Source of the DNA: Eledone cirrhosa
Taxonomy: Eukaryota
Direction of reading: 5' to 3'
DNA: 64,000 nt
NCBI GenBank assembly: GCA_964016885.1
Contig: CAXHJY010000001.1
Coordinates: 558,001 to 622,000 of the forward strand
This document shows positions 26,345 through 38,949 of the stretch, piece after piece. The notes beneath the pieces are model-generated. The model had not been told where the DNA came from, made no database searches, and saw only the letters and a program-made list of their open reading frames with translations. Numbering within the stretch: the first letter of the stretch is position 1; each line of letters starts with the position of its first letter. A program made the translations under genes and the position numbers.

Positions 26345-27849
26345 ATGGATGGAATTTTCACATCTCATCCTAACGAGAAAGCCACGCCCCCTAAGAAAGG
26401 TGATACAGAGAAGCTAGAAGCACAAGACTCTAAGTCTTCCCTCCTCACTTCTGCAAAAGAAACATGGAACACGGAATTAAAAGAAAAAATTGTAAAAATG
26501 GGTGAAAACCCAGAAAGTCACATAAACGCAGACAAAAACAACAACGACAATAACAGCAATAGTCACAACACCAACCAAGGAAAAAATAACGATAACACCA
26601 AACAAAGCGAACCCACTACTGGTGCCTCCTTTGCACAGGCGGTCCGGAAAACATAGACCTGCAAGCAACTGGACATTACAACTCTGAGAGAAAAGATGAA
26701 GGAAGCAAAACAGTATGTAACTTTCAAAGAAGGAGGAGACTTCACAATCACCTCCCCACAAGAAATCAAAAGAGACACGACACTAAGAACGATATCTTTC
26801 AGAACAATTTCCAGCATAACAAGGAAACCAGCTCAATTATCCCAAAAAGAAAATTGAGCTGGTCCTAAAAAATGTGTGGAGTGATATATCGTTCATACAA
26901 AAAGGGCCACTCTATGGGAATATAACGGTCCTAATGAAGGATCAATTGATGGCCAGGAAATACTCTGTGGCGCCAATTGTTTCCAAGCTACATACATTTT
27001 TCCCCACATACTTAGGGAAAAGAACGCAGAAAATAAGAGTCTCCGGAATCCGGCCAAATGCATGCATTTCCTGGGTACTAACAGGATTTTTAGGAGATGA
27101 GGACGGAATCCTCTCAGTAGGAGAAGTCACCACAGACGTTTTCGGCGGTTTGAGCGTGGAGGTTCTGGTCCAAATAAGACCAGAACGAATAGCTAGAATA
27201 CCACAGAGGGTGTCCCTTGATGGAGAAACATTTATATACATTTCAGCCGAGGGTAGGAGGCCCATATGTTACTACTGTTCAAGCAGGGGTCATCTAAGGG
27301 CTGCCTGTCCTCAATTGACAAAAAAAAAGGCTCTTTTGCTTACACCCCACACACCACCACCGCCACCACCACCACCACCTCCACCACCACCACAACAACA
27401 ACAAAAACAACACGGAAAAATAACACAAGACACGGCCCCACCCAAAACAACTCCCAAAACACACAAACTCAACAAAACCCCAAAATACACCACTACCCGA
27501 CAGCACGGACGAGGACCCAGCTGAAACGGCACCTAGTGACGAAGAGGGGGGACCCTTCCAACCTGTAAAAAGGAAAAAAAGAAAGCACCACTCGAACATA
27601 AACGAAACAAACACACAACCACCAACAAAAACAAAACAAACAGAACAAACAAAATCCGCCCCACCCCAAAACATAACACATACAACAAAACGTAAGCACA
27701 CACAAGAACAACAAACAAACACAACACAAATAAAACAGTATATATACATTAACACAAATAACAAAGAACTAGTAAAAACAATACACAAAGACCCTTTGGT
27801 GGAAACTGAAGGGCAATTCTTTGCAAGCGCGGGAACAAACCGCATTTAA
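26345..27849 (+). pseudogene. Tx1 ORF1, copy 2 (stop at 26654 and frameshifts)
   Basis: ORF fragments 26345-26656 and 26874-27524, the latter with the CCHC knuckle. Confidence 0.85.
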
Positions 27850-28097
27850 AAATGATAAGACTCCCAATGGACACCTATGCAAAACTAAGAGAGAACTTTC
27901 CTGAGGACGTGGGGAAAACATGTACTCGACCCTATAACCGCGCCCTCTTGAAACGTTTCCCCACCCACACCTCACCAAACACCCCCACTCCACCACAGAA
28001 CAACACCCCACCAAACAACCCCTCCAATACGCCCATGGATATTGTGCAACCTTCTCCTCAGGAGCCGAACAGGTAGGTCCTTCCTCTTTTAACCAAC

Positions 28098-31000
28098 ATG
28101 GCTGCTATAAGAGTTGGGTGTCTGAATGTACGCGGCCTGGGACTGTCTTGGAAACAGGGCAAACTTTTAAACGATCTCAGGTCACATAGAATGGATGTAA
28201 TGGCTATTTGCGAGTCCAGGATCAGCAGCGAGCACCAACTGGCGCCCCTCTTCGATGACTTTGAGATTTTCGCATTTCTCTGTCAACCGGGGGGTGGGGG
28301 TGGAGTTGTCGTTCTGCTGTGAAAACACCTGGGCCTCGCCATACAGAAGGTGCACCTGGACCCGTAGGGTCGACTGGTGGTTTTAGACGTCGGCAGTAGT
28401 GAAAGTGGAGCCCTTAGACTAATTGCTGTGTACGCCCCTTTTTGGGCAGCGCGGCCAGAATACTTCCAACGTCTGGAAACTTTTCTGGGAACGTCCCGCT
28501 CCTTGCTTTTAGTGGGGGACTGGAATGGTATCCTGGATGCACGTTGGGACTATGTAGGGGCATGTGCCAATAGAGGAGGGTGTAAAAGCCTCAAAAGGTT
28601 AATCGGCCGATTTGACCTGGCCGATAGATATCGACTAGATTTTCCGACTGTACCACTATGGACGTGGACCAATCGAAGCGGAACATCTAGGTCGTACCTA
28701 GATAGGGTCCTAGTTAGAGAGAAGGATAGGGACACATTTAGCTGTCCAAAAATGTTCCTGGTTGACTATTCGGATCACAAGCTAGTGACCTACATAGCCA
28801 ACCTTGATAGAACCCATAGACAGGGACCCGGTTACTGGAAGCTGAACTGGTCCTTACCGACAAGCAAAGCTTACAGTAAACGGATTAGCACGTTAGTTAA
28901 GCAGAGTTTGACAGGGGCAATTGTCAACAACAGGTGGTGGAGCTCTCTTAAGAGAGCAATTAGAATAGAATCGATAGGTTTTAGTCAGGAATTAGCAAGG
29001 GATAGGAACAAGACGGAAAGGGAATTAGTAGATAGAGTAGAAGAGGCGATTAGGTGTGGCAATGTAGCCGGCGTGCTGGCATCAAGAATGGCCTTAGACC
29101 AGTTCTTTGAGGTGAAGCATGAAGGCTGCGTTGTCAGAAGTAAAATACGTGCTCTGGGTAATGAGGGAGCCAAAGCTGTGAGCTGGGCCCGAGTGACAGA
29201 GGCAAAAAGTGGGAACAAGTCCACGATTCGGTCTTTGAAGGACCAGGATGGGCGTGTGATCCTTGAACCTGGGCAGATGTGTGCGGCCTTTCAGCGGCAC
29301 TTTGCACAACTGTTCGGGATGGAGGGCACGCCGGGTGTGACTATGGATTTCAATCCATACCTCGACGGTCTGCCGCGCCTCTCGGACGGGGAGGCGAAGT
29401 CCTGCGAAAGGCCGATTTTAGCTGCTGAGATAGGGGCGGCGCTGAGCCAATGCGGCAAACGCAAATCCCCGGGTGTCGATGGTTTACCATACGAGCTATA
29501 TGTAGCAATGTCGGACTTGTTCTCCGATATCCTCGAAGCGGTCTACTGCAACTGGCAGCAGAACGGGAGAATTCCCAGTTCTGTGACCAAGGGCGTAGTT
29601 ACGCTGGTGAGGAAGGACGAGAACAAGGGGGATGACATAAGTAACTTCAGGCCCATAACTCTGCTAAATGCAGAGTTAAAAATTTTGGCCAAGGTGTTAG
29701 CGAAGAGGTTGGCGCTTGTCGTCGGAAACCTGGTGGGAGAAGCGCAGACATGCGCAATCCCGTCCAGGTCCATTCACGACAATCTCCACCTTATGCGATA
29801 CATCATAGAGAGGGTAGGGAATGAACCCGGCTTTGGTGGGGCCCTGATCAACTTGGATCAATCTAAAGCTTTCGATAGGGTTGACCATCGTTACCTGGAT
29901 GCAGTGCTCGCGGCGGCAGGCTTCGGACCCGTTTTCAGGGGTTGGATTGCTGCGATGCACAGCAGCAACGTCTGCTCAAGGGTCAAGGTGAACGGCCACC
30001 TCTCGGAGCCATTCCAAATCATGCGATCCATCCGACAGGGATGCCCTCTCTCCTCCCTTCTGTATGTGCTGGCTCTTGAGCCACTACTGCGGAAGTTGGA
30101 GCGGTTGCAGGGCATCCCTTTGGAACCGGGATTGCAGAAAGCGGCGTCGGCCTACGCCGATGACGTGACAGTAATGGTGTCGAAAACCTCGCAAATTGGC
30201 ACCTTACTGGAGGAATATGAAAGGTTTACAGGAGCCAAGCTGAACCGGGACAAGTCCGTCGGTTTGCAACTCGGAACATGGAGAGGCAAACCGATGCCCT
30301 CCAACGACGTCGTCGGACGCTGGACAGAGGGGCCGGTGAAGCTACTTGGGGTCTCGTTCGGACCAGACCTCCAGGTGGAGAAAAACTGGAACGAGGTAAC
30401 GGCCAGGGTGTTTGCACTCACCCAGAAGTGGGCCCAGTGCAAACTATCCCTGAAAGGTCGAGCGGAGGTGGCGAATACTTATATAGCATCCGTCATCTAC
30501 TACCGCTTGACCGTCGTGCCTTGCCCAGTGAAAAGACTCGCCAAAATGGAGTGCGCGCTGTTCCAATTTCTTTGGAACAAGCGGACCCCTTTGGTGAGGA
30601 GATCCATCTGCTGTCAACACCCTTCGAAAGGAGGGCTGGGGATGCCATGGCTACAGATGCGTAAACACGCATTAAGGCTACGGCACCTCCAGGTATTCCT
30701 CACCGGTCAACCGGTGTGGGCCCCGTTTGTGAGGCGAGCCTTTCCCAGACTCGTCTCGCTCACCGAGCTGCAATCATGGGTCAAGCAAAGACCGAGAAAA
30801 GTGGGCGACTGGCACATTGAATGTGCCCAGGCGCTCACGGCCCTCTGGAAAGCGGACCAGTGGAGACTCCACCTCGACATTCTATAGAGGGTTGGTACGC
30901 AGCAGGTGCGACGATGCTCTCGGAGAAGCTCTAGGCATGGAGGAAGATGAACTGGCCAGTCTGTTCGGTAGGACGTTTGGCCCTGGACCGATGGACAACA

Positions 31001-31518
31001 TCCAAAAGTCCCTGGCTTGGCAGTGCTACCGAGGGGCTCTACCCGTTCGAGACAAGCTCCACAGGCATGGGAGCTTGGGTAGGGATCCTTTGAATAAGAT
31101 CTGTCCGAGATGCGTGCATGACGACGAAACCGTTGCGCACGCATTCGTACACTGCCCAGGCATTGCTGACCTGTGGGGCTATGTGGAACGACTACTGTCG
31201 AAGGTGGGACCAATCCGGTTGACCACCGAGTCCATTGTCACGATCAAACCGCCTCCCCCTTTCAAAAACGAAGGAGAGGCGGTTTTTCTCTGTGTGATAG
31301 CCATAGCTAAAGAAGTTGTATGGTGGACGAGGCTGAAAGGGCTGAGGTCAGACACCTTTCTCTCCGGCCAACAACTGGTCCCCTTTTTCAAATACCATTT
31401 TAAAAGAAGGATCAGAATGGAGAGAGAGGTGCTCTACACCAGCAAGTTTTATGAAAGGTGGGTGAAAGTAGGGAGAATGGCCAGAGTGAATGGGTCTTCT
31501 CTCTATATCAGCCTGTAG
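28098..31518 (+). pseudogene. Tx1 ORF2, copy 2 (two early stops, 8-bp frameshift deletion near 30857)
   Basis: Fragments 28098-28322, 28377-30887 and 30817-31518 are collinear with copy 1. Confidence 0.92.
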
Positions 31519-31652
31519 GTGAAAGAAGAGGAAAAAGAGGAGACGAGGGAATCACCTACTCTTTGTGCTCCTGAGGAGAAGGGTTGCACATTTTTTCCGG
31601 GGTGTGTGCGACCCATGTTAATGCCCCCTCCCTATTGAGGACTTTGTTTGTT

Positions 31653-32406
31653 GTAAAGGCTTTACCTCACATAATATCTCACATAACATTTACATTACTC
31701 TATATATACTATTGTATTGTCACAGTAAAGGCTTTACCTCACATAATACCTCACATAACATTTACATTACTCTATATATACTATTGTATTTTCATGGTAA
31801 AGGCTTTACCTCACATAATATCTCACATAACATTTACATTACTCTATATATACTATTGTATTTTTGTGGTAAAGGCTTTACCTCACATAATATCTCACAT
31901 AACATTTACATTACTCTATATATACTATTGTATTGTCACAGTAAAGGCTTTACCTCACATAATATCTCACATAACATTTACATTACTCTATATATACTAT
32001 TATATTTTTGTGGTAAAGGCTTTACCTCACATAATAACTCACATAACATTTATATTACTCTATATATACTATTGTATTGTCACAGTAAAGGCTTTACCTC
32101 ACATAATATCTCACATAACATTTACATTACTCTATATATACTATTGTATTGTCACAGTAAAGGCTTTACCTCACATAATATCTCACATAACATTTACATT
32201 ACTCTATATATACTATTGTATTTTCACAGTAAAGGCTTTACCTCACATAATACCTCACATAACATTTACATTACTCTATATATACTATTGTATTGTCACA
32301 GTAAAGGCTTTACCTCACATAATATCTCACATAACATTTATATTACTCTATATATACTATTGTATTTTCACAGTAAAGGCTTTACCTCATAATTATCTCA
32401 CATAAT
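31653..32406 (+). repeat. 72-bp satellite, about 10 units
   Basis: Same unit as 19701-20424. Confidence 0.95.
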
Positions 32407-32622
32407 GGTTTTTTATATAGGCACAAGGCCAGCAATTTTGGGGTAGGGCGAACGTCGATTAAATCGACCCTAGTGAGTAACTGGTACTTTATTTTATCAA
32501 CCCCATAATGATGAAAGGCAAAGTTAACCTCGGCGGGATTGAACTCAAATCATAAAGGGCCGTAACTCTATGCGGCAAAGCATGGCGTCTGACCCTCTAC
32601 CGATACTGCCAATCCACCGCCC
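32407..32622 (-). mobile_element. SINE-B with an ~20-bp target-site duplication
   Basis: TCATAATTATCTCACATAAT on both sides (32387-32406 and 32623-32642). Confidence 0.9.
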
Positions 32623-33016
32623 TCATAATTATCTCACATAATATCGAATCTATGAGATTTTGATGTTATTTATCTTGAGAACAATACCTTAATATAAGTA
32701 TGAGTGTCCAGTTACAGCCAGTTTGAATAGAAAGAGTTGAGAAAATTCTGGCCGAATACAACCGATTTAAATGCTAAAGGGTTAATTCTAAATTTGGCAC
32801 AATTTTTTATGATGAATTTTTTACGAGTAAGAGGCCTCATAACATAACTAGCACAGGGCTTCATGTGCCTTAAATCTTGCACTGGTCCAAGCCCATGTTT
32901 GCCAATCAGTTTTTGACTAAACTTTACCCAAACCTCCCTCCTCACCACCATTTCCACCATCACCACCACCACCAAATACCATTGCTATTTGTTTTTTGTT
33001 TTAACTTTCTTACCAG

Positions 33017-33217
33017 GTTTTTCTGCAGCACAAAATAAATTCTCAATAATAGTGTTGGTATCAAATGACAAAAAACACAGAATATGTGAGAAGATTTCCA
33101 ATCTAGAGAAGACAAAAGTTATTGATGTGCAATGTTCTAGTCCTGTTAAGGGCAACAAAATCACAATAATTCTGCTGTCAGGACCTAGCCTTAGCATGTG
33201 TGAAGTGGAGGTCTTTT
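33017..33217 (+). CDS. Host gene exon: C-terminal half of the F-type-lectin-like domain
   Basis: CAG|..|GTAAGT, 201 bp, phase 1-1. ..RICEKI..DVQCSSPVKGNKITII..LSMCEVEVF. An in-frame alternative acceptor exists at 33029. Confidence 0.85.
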
Positions 33218-33339
33218 GTAAGTATATAGATACCTTTATACCTTTAACATAAATCAGGATAGAACCAGTTTAAAACTAGTTAGACCATTACTGAACAGAG
33301 TATTCGATACATGGGTTAGTAAGGGTAAAAGGTAAAGAG

Positions 33340-34520
33340 ATCCTTCGGTCACGAATGACCATAGAATTTGAGTCTAGAAAGTTCCCCTCCAAGGCACAAG
33401 TCTGGGCAAGGTTGTTTTGTGGAAGACCAGCAGTAGCCCATGCATAACAGCCTCCCCTCTCTATGCCACTGATATTGTCCAAGGGAAAGGCAATGGACGA
33501 TACAGCTTGGCACCAGTGACATCGCAACCCATTTCCACAGCTGAGTGAACTGGAGCAACGTGAAATAAAGTGTCTTGCTCAAGAACACAACACAAAGCCC
33601 GCGGTAGTAGAGCATGGCTATTTTATAAAGAGCAAGAGCTCAGCCAGCAGGTCCTTTCTCTTTATAATATACCTTTAACATATATACATATATATTAGGG
33701 TGTTTCATATTTATAGGGAAACAGGTTTTAGTTGAAATCATCTCATGTCGATTATGCTCTGAATTCATTTGACATAAAAACTACAAAAACACAAACACGA
33801 GGAGATACAAAAATATTTAGGAGTTGCACAGTTTGGTGCATTGCCTAGTGGTAAGGGTGTTGGACTTAGAATCATAATGTCATGGGTTCAATTCCTGAGC
33901 TGGGTTAGATGTTGTGTTCTTGAGCAAAACACTTCACTTCACATTGCTCCAGTATACTCAGCTGAAAATGAGTACCAGTAATAGCTGGAGGTTTAACCCT
34001 GTGATGGACTGGTGTCCTGTCCAGGGGGGAATCTTGTACTCCCAGTCGCTTCACGCCATGAAACAGAGATAAGCACCAGCCTAACGAAAAATATATTGTA
34101 TTATATAGCTGAAAATGAGTACCAGTAATAGCTGGAGGTTTAACACTGTGATGGACTGGTGTCCTGTCCAGCGAGGTTGTTGTTGTTACAGCTCACACAT
34201 ATGCAGGTTTAGCTGGCCTCCTCCAAGGTATATCTCGTTGGAGGTGTCTAGGGTAATTTAATGATAGGGACCCCAGTCCTATCATTTCATTTCTACAGCT
34301 GAGTAAACTGGAGCAATGTGAAATAAAGTGTCTTGCTCAAGGAAACAACACATCACCTGGTCCGAGAATTGAACTCACAACCTTTCGATTGCAAGCCCAA
34401 TGCTCTAACCACTAAGCCATGTGCCTTCACAGTAAGGTGTCTTGTACTTCAAGTTGCTTCATGCCATGAAACCGAGATAAGCATTGGCCTAACAAGCCTT
34501 CTGGTTTAAGACAGACTTTT
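33340..34520. mobile_element. Cluster of tRNA-derived SINE copies and fragments (33340-33600 -, 33835-34085 +, 34265-34430 -)
   Basis: Box A/B motifs and the shared CTTGAGCAA..TTCAC..TGCTCCAG core. Confidence 0.75.
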
Positions 34521-34887
34521 TTAGACACTGTGATGCTTTTCCAATGCCATGCCAAAAAAAAAAAAAATGAAAAAGATTTTACTTGTTGATTATAACCAGT
34601 TTGAATTTTTGTGCATTTTCATCCATTTTCATCTATGTTCTTGCAGGAGACAATTCTAAATGAAAAAGAAATGAACCGTAAACTTAAAGTGGAATAAGGG
34701 CAGTTTCAGGTGGTTTGGAATGTAACTTAACAAAGGTTCTTACATGAAATTAGATGGAAGATTTTTAGATAATATAAAGGCTTTGGAATAAACAATTTTG
34801 TAGCATAGAACTTGGGGCAGTTTCAGGTGGTTTGGAATATAACTTAACAAAGGTTCTTACATGAAATTATAATGGAATGTAAACAGT

Positions 34888-35696
34888 TTAACCCTTTAGC
34901 ATTTAAACTGGCCATATCCGGCCAGAATTCTCTAACCTCTGTTCAAATCAGCTGCAACTGGCCACTCATACTGATGTTAAGGTTTTCTTCTCAAAATAAA
35001 TAATATTAAAATCTTGTAGATTCAATATTATGTGAGATAATTATGTGAGGTAAAGCCTTTACCATGAAAATACAATAGTAAATACAGAGTAAGATAAATG
35101 TTATGTGAGATAATTATGTGAGGTAAAGCCTTTACCATGAAAATACAATAGTAAATACAGAGTAAGGTAAATGTTATGTGAGATAATTATGTGAGGTAAA
35201 GCCTTTACCATGAAAATACAATAGTAAATACAGAGTAATGTAAATGTTATGTGAGATAATTATGTGAGGTAAAGCCTTTACCATGAAAATACAATAGTAA
35301 ATACAGAGTAATGTAAATGTTATGTGAGATAATTATGTGAGGTAAAGCCTTTACCATGAAAATACAATAGTAAATACAGAGTAATGTAAATGCTATGTGA
35401 GATAATTATGTGAGGTAAAGCCTTTACCATGAAAATACAATAGTAAATACAGAGTAATGTAAATGCTATGTGAGATAATTATGTGAGGTAAAGCCTTTAC
35501 CATGAAAATACAATAGTAAATACAGGGTAATGTAAATGTTATGTGAGATAATTATGTGAGGTAAAGCCTTTACCATGAAAATACAATAGTAAATACAGGG
35601 TAATGTAAATGTTATGTGAGATAATTATGTGAGGTAAAGCCTTTACCATGAAAATACAATAGTAAATACAGGGTAATGTAAATGCTAAAGGGTTAA
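34888..35696 (-). mobile_element. TTAA MITE with an independent 73-bp x ~9 subterminal expansion
   Basis: TTAACCCTTTAGCATTTAAA..AATGCTAAAGGGTTAA; array at 35028-35685. Confidence 0.92.
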
Positions 35697-35724
35697 AATA
35701 AACAGCATTGTCAAAGTGCAGATT

Positions 35725-36152
35725 GAAATAATTGTTTCTACTGTTGGCACAAGGCCAGCAATTTGAAGGGAAGTGGGAAAGTCGATTTAAATGACCCCAG
35801 TGTGTGACTGGTACTTTATTTTATCAACCCCGTAAGGATGAAAGGCCAAGCTAACTTTGGCAGGTTTTGAACTCAGAATGGAAAGGGTCGTAACTCAATA
35901 CCGCAAAGCATGGTGTTCGACACTCTAACGATACTGCCAATCCACCGCCCTTGATTAAAATAATTGTTTCTACTTTTGGCACAAGGCCAGCAATTACCCA
36001 GTGCATTACTGGTACTTTATTTTATCGACCCCGTAAGGATGAAAGGCAAAGTTAACCTCGGCGGGATTTGAACTCAGATCATAAAGGGCCATAACTTTAT
36101 GCCGCAAAGCATGGTGTTCGATGCTCCACCGATTCTGCCAATCCACTGCCCT
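35725..36152 (-). mobile_element. Two tandem SINE-B copies
   Basis: Each ends (plus strand) in ..TGCCAATCCACYGCCC. Confidence 0.85.
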
Positions 36153-36189
36153 AGATTGAAATAATGACTAAGATTGTTTGTCTTTCTAG

Positions 36190-36324
36190 AATGTCTCCCT
36201 GGATTCTATGGAAGAAATTGTAAAGAAGAGTGCAACAACTGCAGAAAGACATGTGATCAATTGACTGGCAAATGTGTGACTGGATGTAAAGATGGATATA
36301 TTGATGTGAATAACACTTGTAAAG
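36190..36324 (+). CDS. Host gene exon: EGF-like module
   Basis: TAG|..|GTGAGT, 135 bp, phase 1-1. CLPGFYGRNCKEECNNCRKTCDQLTGKCVTGCKDGYIDVNNTCK. Confidence 0.85.
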
Positions 36325-36980
36325 GTGAGTGGTGGTGGTGGAGTGTAGGTGGTTGTCATGGTTATAGTGGGAGTGGAGTGTTGGTGGCTGTCGTGGTTAT
36401 AGTGGGAGTGGAGTGGAGGTGGCTGTCATGGTTATAGTGGGAGTGGAGTGTAGGTGGTGCTGGAGTGGAGGTGTTGGTGGTGCTGGAGTGTAGGTAGTTG
36501 TGATGGTGGTGGAGTGTAGGTGGCTGTTGTGGTTTTAGTGGGAGTGGGGTGTAGGAGGTGGTGGTGACGGTGGTGGTGGAGTGTAGGTAGTTGTGGTGGT
36601 GAGGATGGTGTTGGTGGAGTGTAGGTGGCTGTCGTGGTTATAGTGGGAGGGGAGTGTAGGTGGTGGTGGTGGTGGAGTGTAGGTAGTTGTGCTGGTGGTG
36701 GTGAGGATGGTGTTGGTGGAGTGTAGGTGGCTGTCGTGGTTTTAGTGGGAGTGGAGTGTAGGTGGTGGTGGAGTGGAGGTGTTGGTGGTGGTGAGGATGA
36801 TGTTGGTGTTGGTGGTGGTGGAGTGTAGGTGGTGATGGTGGTGGTGGAGTGGAGGTAGTTGTGGTGGTGAGGAGGATGCTGGTTTTGTTGTTGGTGTGGT
36901 GGTGGTGGTGGTGCTGCTGCTGGTGGTGATAGTGGTAGTGGTGGTGGTATTGCATATTGTAGTAGGTATTGTTGATGTTG
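36325..36980. repeat. G/T-rich low-complexity repeat
   Basis: (GGT)n and GGAGTGTAGGT variants. Confidence 0.9.
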
Positions 36981-37038
36981 TTTAGCCCCAGGTAAGCCAA
37001 CATCCAACAGACCTGCCAAGAGTGGTCTCAGATGGTGC

Positions 37039-37250
37039 TTGGAACATAACTTAACAAAGGTTGTTAGTATTGTAAGAACAAGGTCCACATCTGGCAGTTT
37101 GGTATCAAAAGGGTTAAGATGGTATTTGGAACATAACTTAACAAAGGTTGTTAGTATTGTTAGAACAAGGTCCACATCTGGCAGTTTGGTATCGAAACGG
37201 TTAAGATGGTATTTGGAACATAACTTAACAAAGGTCCTTAGTATTGTAAG
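37039..37250. repeat. 87-bp tandem repeat, about 2.5 copies
   Basis: TTGGAACATAACTTAACAAAGG..AAAGGGTTAAGATGGTAT. Confidence 0.85.
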
Positions 37251-37362
37251 GGTTGATTAATCCTATTAATCCTTTGTATTCTTACTCAGTTGAACCTCAT
37301 TTTTTTTACAAATGTTTAGTGAGATAAAAGAGCAGAGGTTTTCTCATGATCTTTCATTGTAG

Positions 37363-37500
37363 AATGACCAGAGGGGAAATTTGGACCAAACTGTGGCAAC
37401 ACATGCCCCTGTGCTGACAACAGCAGATGTAACAAACAGACAGGTGTGTGTTCAAGTGGAGGATGTGCTGCTGGTTATGAAGGTAGCAACTGTCAGACAG
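37363..37500 (+). pseudogene. EGF-like exon with an in-frame TGA at the first Cys (37365-37367)
   Basis: TAG|..|GTAAGT, 138 bp. *PEGKFGPNCGNTCPCADNSRCNKQTGVCSSGGCAAGYEGSNCQT. Confidence 0.85.
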
Positions 37501-37549
37501 GTAAGTGGTGTAGTATAGCTTTTTTTGTAACATAATATATTGTGTCCAG

Positions 37550-37805
37550 ACAATAGTAGGTGCTTATCCCATTTTTATGGTGTGAAATGACTGAGAGTAC
37601 AAGACTCCTCCCTGGACAGGACGCCAATCCATCGTGGGGTTAAAACCCCAGCTATTGCTGGTACTCGTTTTCAACTGAGTATACTGGAGCAGCGTGAAAT
37701 GAAGTGTTTTGCTCAAGACTACAACACACAACTCAGCCCAGGAATCGAACCCATGACATTATGATTGTAAGTCCAACACCCTTACCACTAGGCCACACAC
37801 CTCCA
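37550..37805 (-). mobile_element. tRNA-derived SINE (family A variant)
   Basis: Minus strand TGGCCTAGTGG..GGTTCGATTCC. Confidence 0.8.
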
Positions 37806-37891
37806 CTATGCATGTGCATCTGTCTGTATAATTGTCTCTTCTTCTTCTTCATCCTCATGTTTTCTGTTGTTGTTGCTTTATTCCATTGCAG

Positions 37892-38029
37892 TGTGTGCAT
37901 CTGGTTCATTTGGTCCTAACTGCAAGTATATGTGCCACTGTGCAGACAACAGTAAATGTAATATAGTGTCAGAGATATGTTCAAGTGGAGGATGTGCAGT
38001 TGGTTACAAGGGAAGTAACTGCCAGACAG
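37892..38029 (+). CDS. Host gene exon: EGF-like module (intact)
   Basis: CAG|..|GTTAGT, 138 bp. CASGSFGPNCKYMCHCADNSKCNIVSEICSSGGCAVGYKGSNCQT. Confidence 0.85.
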
Positions 38030-38165
38030 GTTAGTAACCTACCACCAGATAGCGTTGTTTACACAACCATCCCTTCATACAACAACACTGTTTAAATGTT
38101 GAGAATCAATGAGTCCTTAATTTTTTTTTACTTCAAACCACATAAGACTGCCCCTGCTTCTAGGG

Positions 38166-38461
38166 CAGGGGCATGTAGCAGGTGGCCCGTGGGCCACAAT
38201 CCGCCCTGCCAGACCAGTCAAAGTTGCCCGCGGTGACCATTTTAAATGTTTACCTTGTAGGCTTATTTACAATTTTCTGTTAGTTGACCTATACTAAAGG
38301 GCTTCACTGATAGGGTTATGTGTGTTATACTTTCCCAGTTCCATGTTATGGAAAGAAGTTGTGGTGAATCTTTGGAATAGTGCTTAATAAATATTAATAG
38401 CCCTAATAATTGTTCCAATGTTCAAAAGTGGCCCCCCAATGGAATATGTTTCACACCCCTG
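38166..38461. mobile_element. hAT (Charlie-like) MITE
   Basis: CAGGGG..CCCCTG ends with a perfect 8-bp TSD TTCTAGGG. Confidence 0.9.
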
Positions 38462-38949
38462 TTCTAGGGTACAAAATTGTTTAGTTTAAGGTGGTTATGT
38501 ATGTATGTATGTATATATGTATGTATGTATATATGTTTATAATTTCGGTTTCTTCTGTAGCTACAACTGAATAAAGTTTGATTACCTTCTTTGTTATTTG
38601 TCTTCGATACTTCCTTAATTTTCTTGTTGATGTTGTGTTCAGCCATGCTGTTTGTAGCAAATCCTTGTAAAATGAATTATGTATTTAGTCGGATATCTCT
38701 ACGAATTTGAATAAAAGGTGTCTTCAGAAGGGATAGTTAGAAGAATAACCAGTTATTCAACCTGGCTGTAGTTGTGACATTACTGTCGGAGATAGTATTC
38801 ATCTTAAATTTAATAAATAGTCTCCCACGCCAAAATATGCGACTGATCGCGTTGACTGATGGAATGTATGTATGTATATATGTACATATGTATGTTAAAT
38901 GGTACAATCAGCACTCATTTAACTGGATAGACAGAAGAAGAAGCACAGC

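Larger units (their letters stand above)
26137..31654 (+). mobile_element. Tx1-clade LINE, copy 2 (last ~110 bp of the 3' UTR missing)
   Basis: Highly similar to copy 1 throughout, with an identical 5' junction. Confidence 0.93.
19690..32785 (+). mobile_element. Expanded TTAA MITE with a 72-bp internal satellite, two Tx1 LINEs and a SINE
   Basis: Left end TTAACTCTTTAGCATTTAC (19690), right end AAATGCTAAAGGGTTAA (32785). Its unique parts are collinear with the 19177-19405 copy. Confidence 0.9.

Noticed and set aside
23230-31391. Antisense and alternative-frame ORFs over the Tx1, Gypsy and RTE elements
   Set aside because: Shadow ORFs of GC-richer coding sequence; their recurrence is explained by copy similarity.
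34647-34700. Strong acceptor (TTCTTGCAG) as a missing exon
   Set aside because: Joining to donor 33217 gives TGA, and the sequence has no domain-like content.
36432-37175. Pro/Thr/His-rich 247-aa minus-strand ORF resembling a mucin or extensin
   Set aside because: Low-complexity intronic repeat, antisense to the host gene, with no supporting exon structure.
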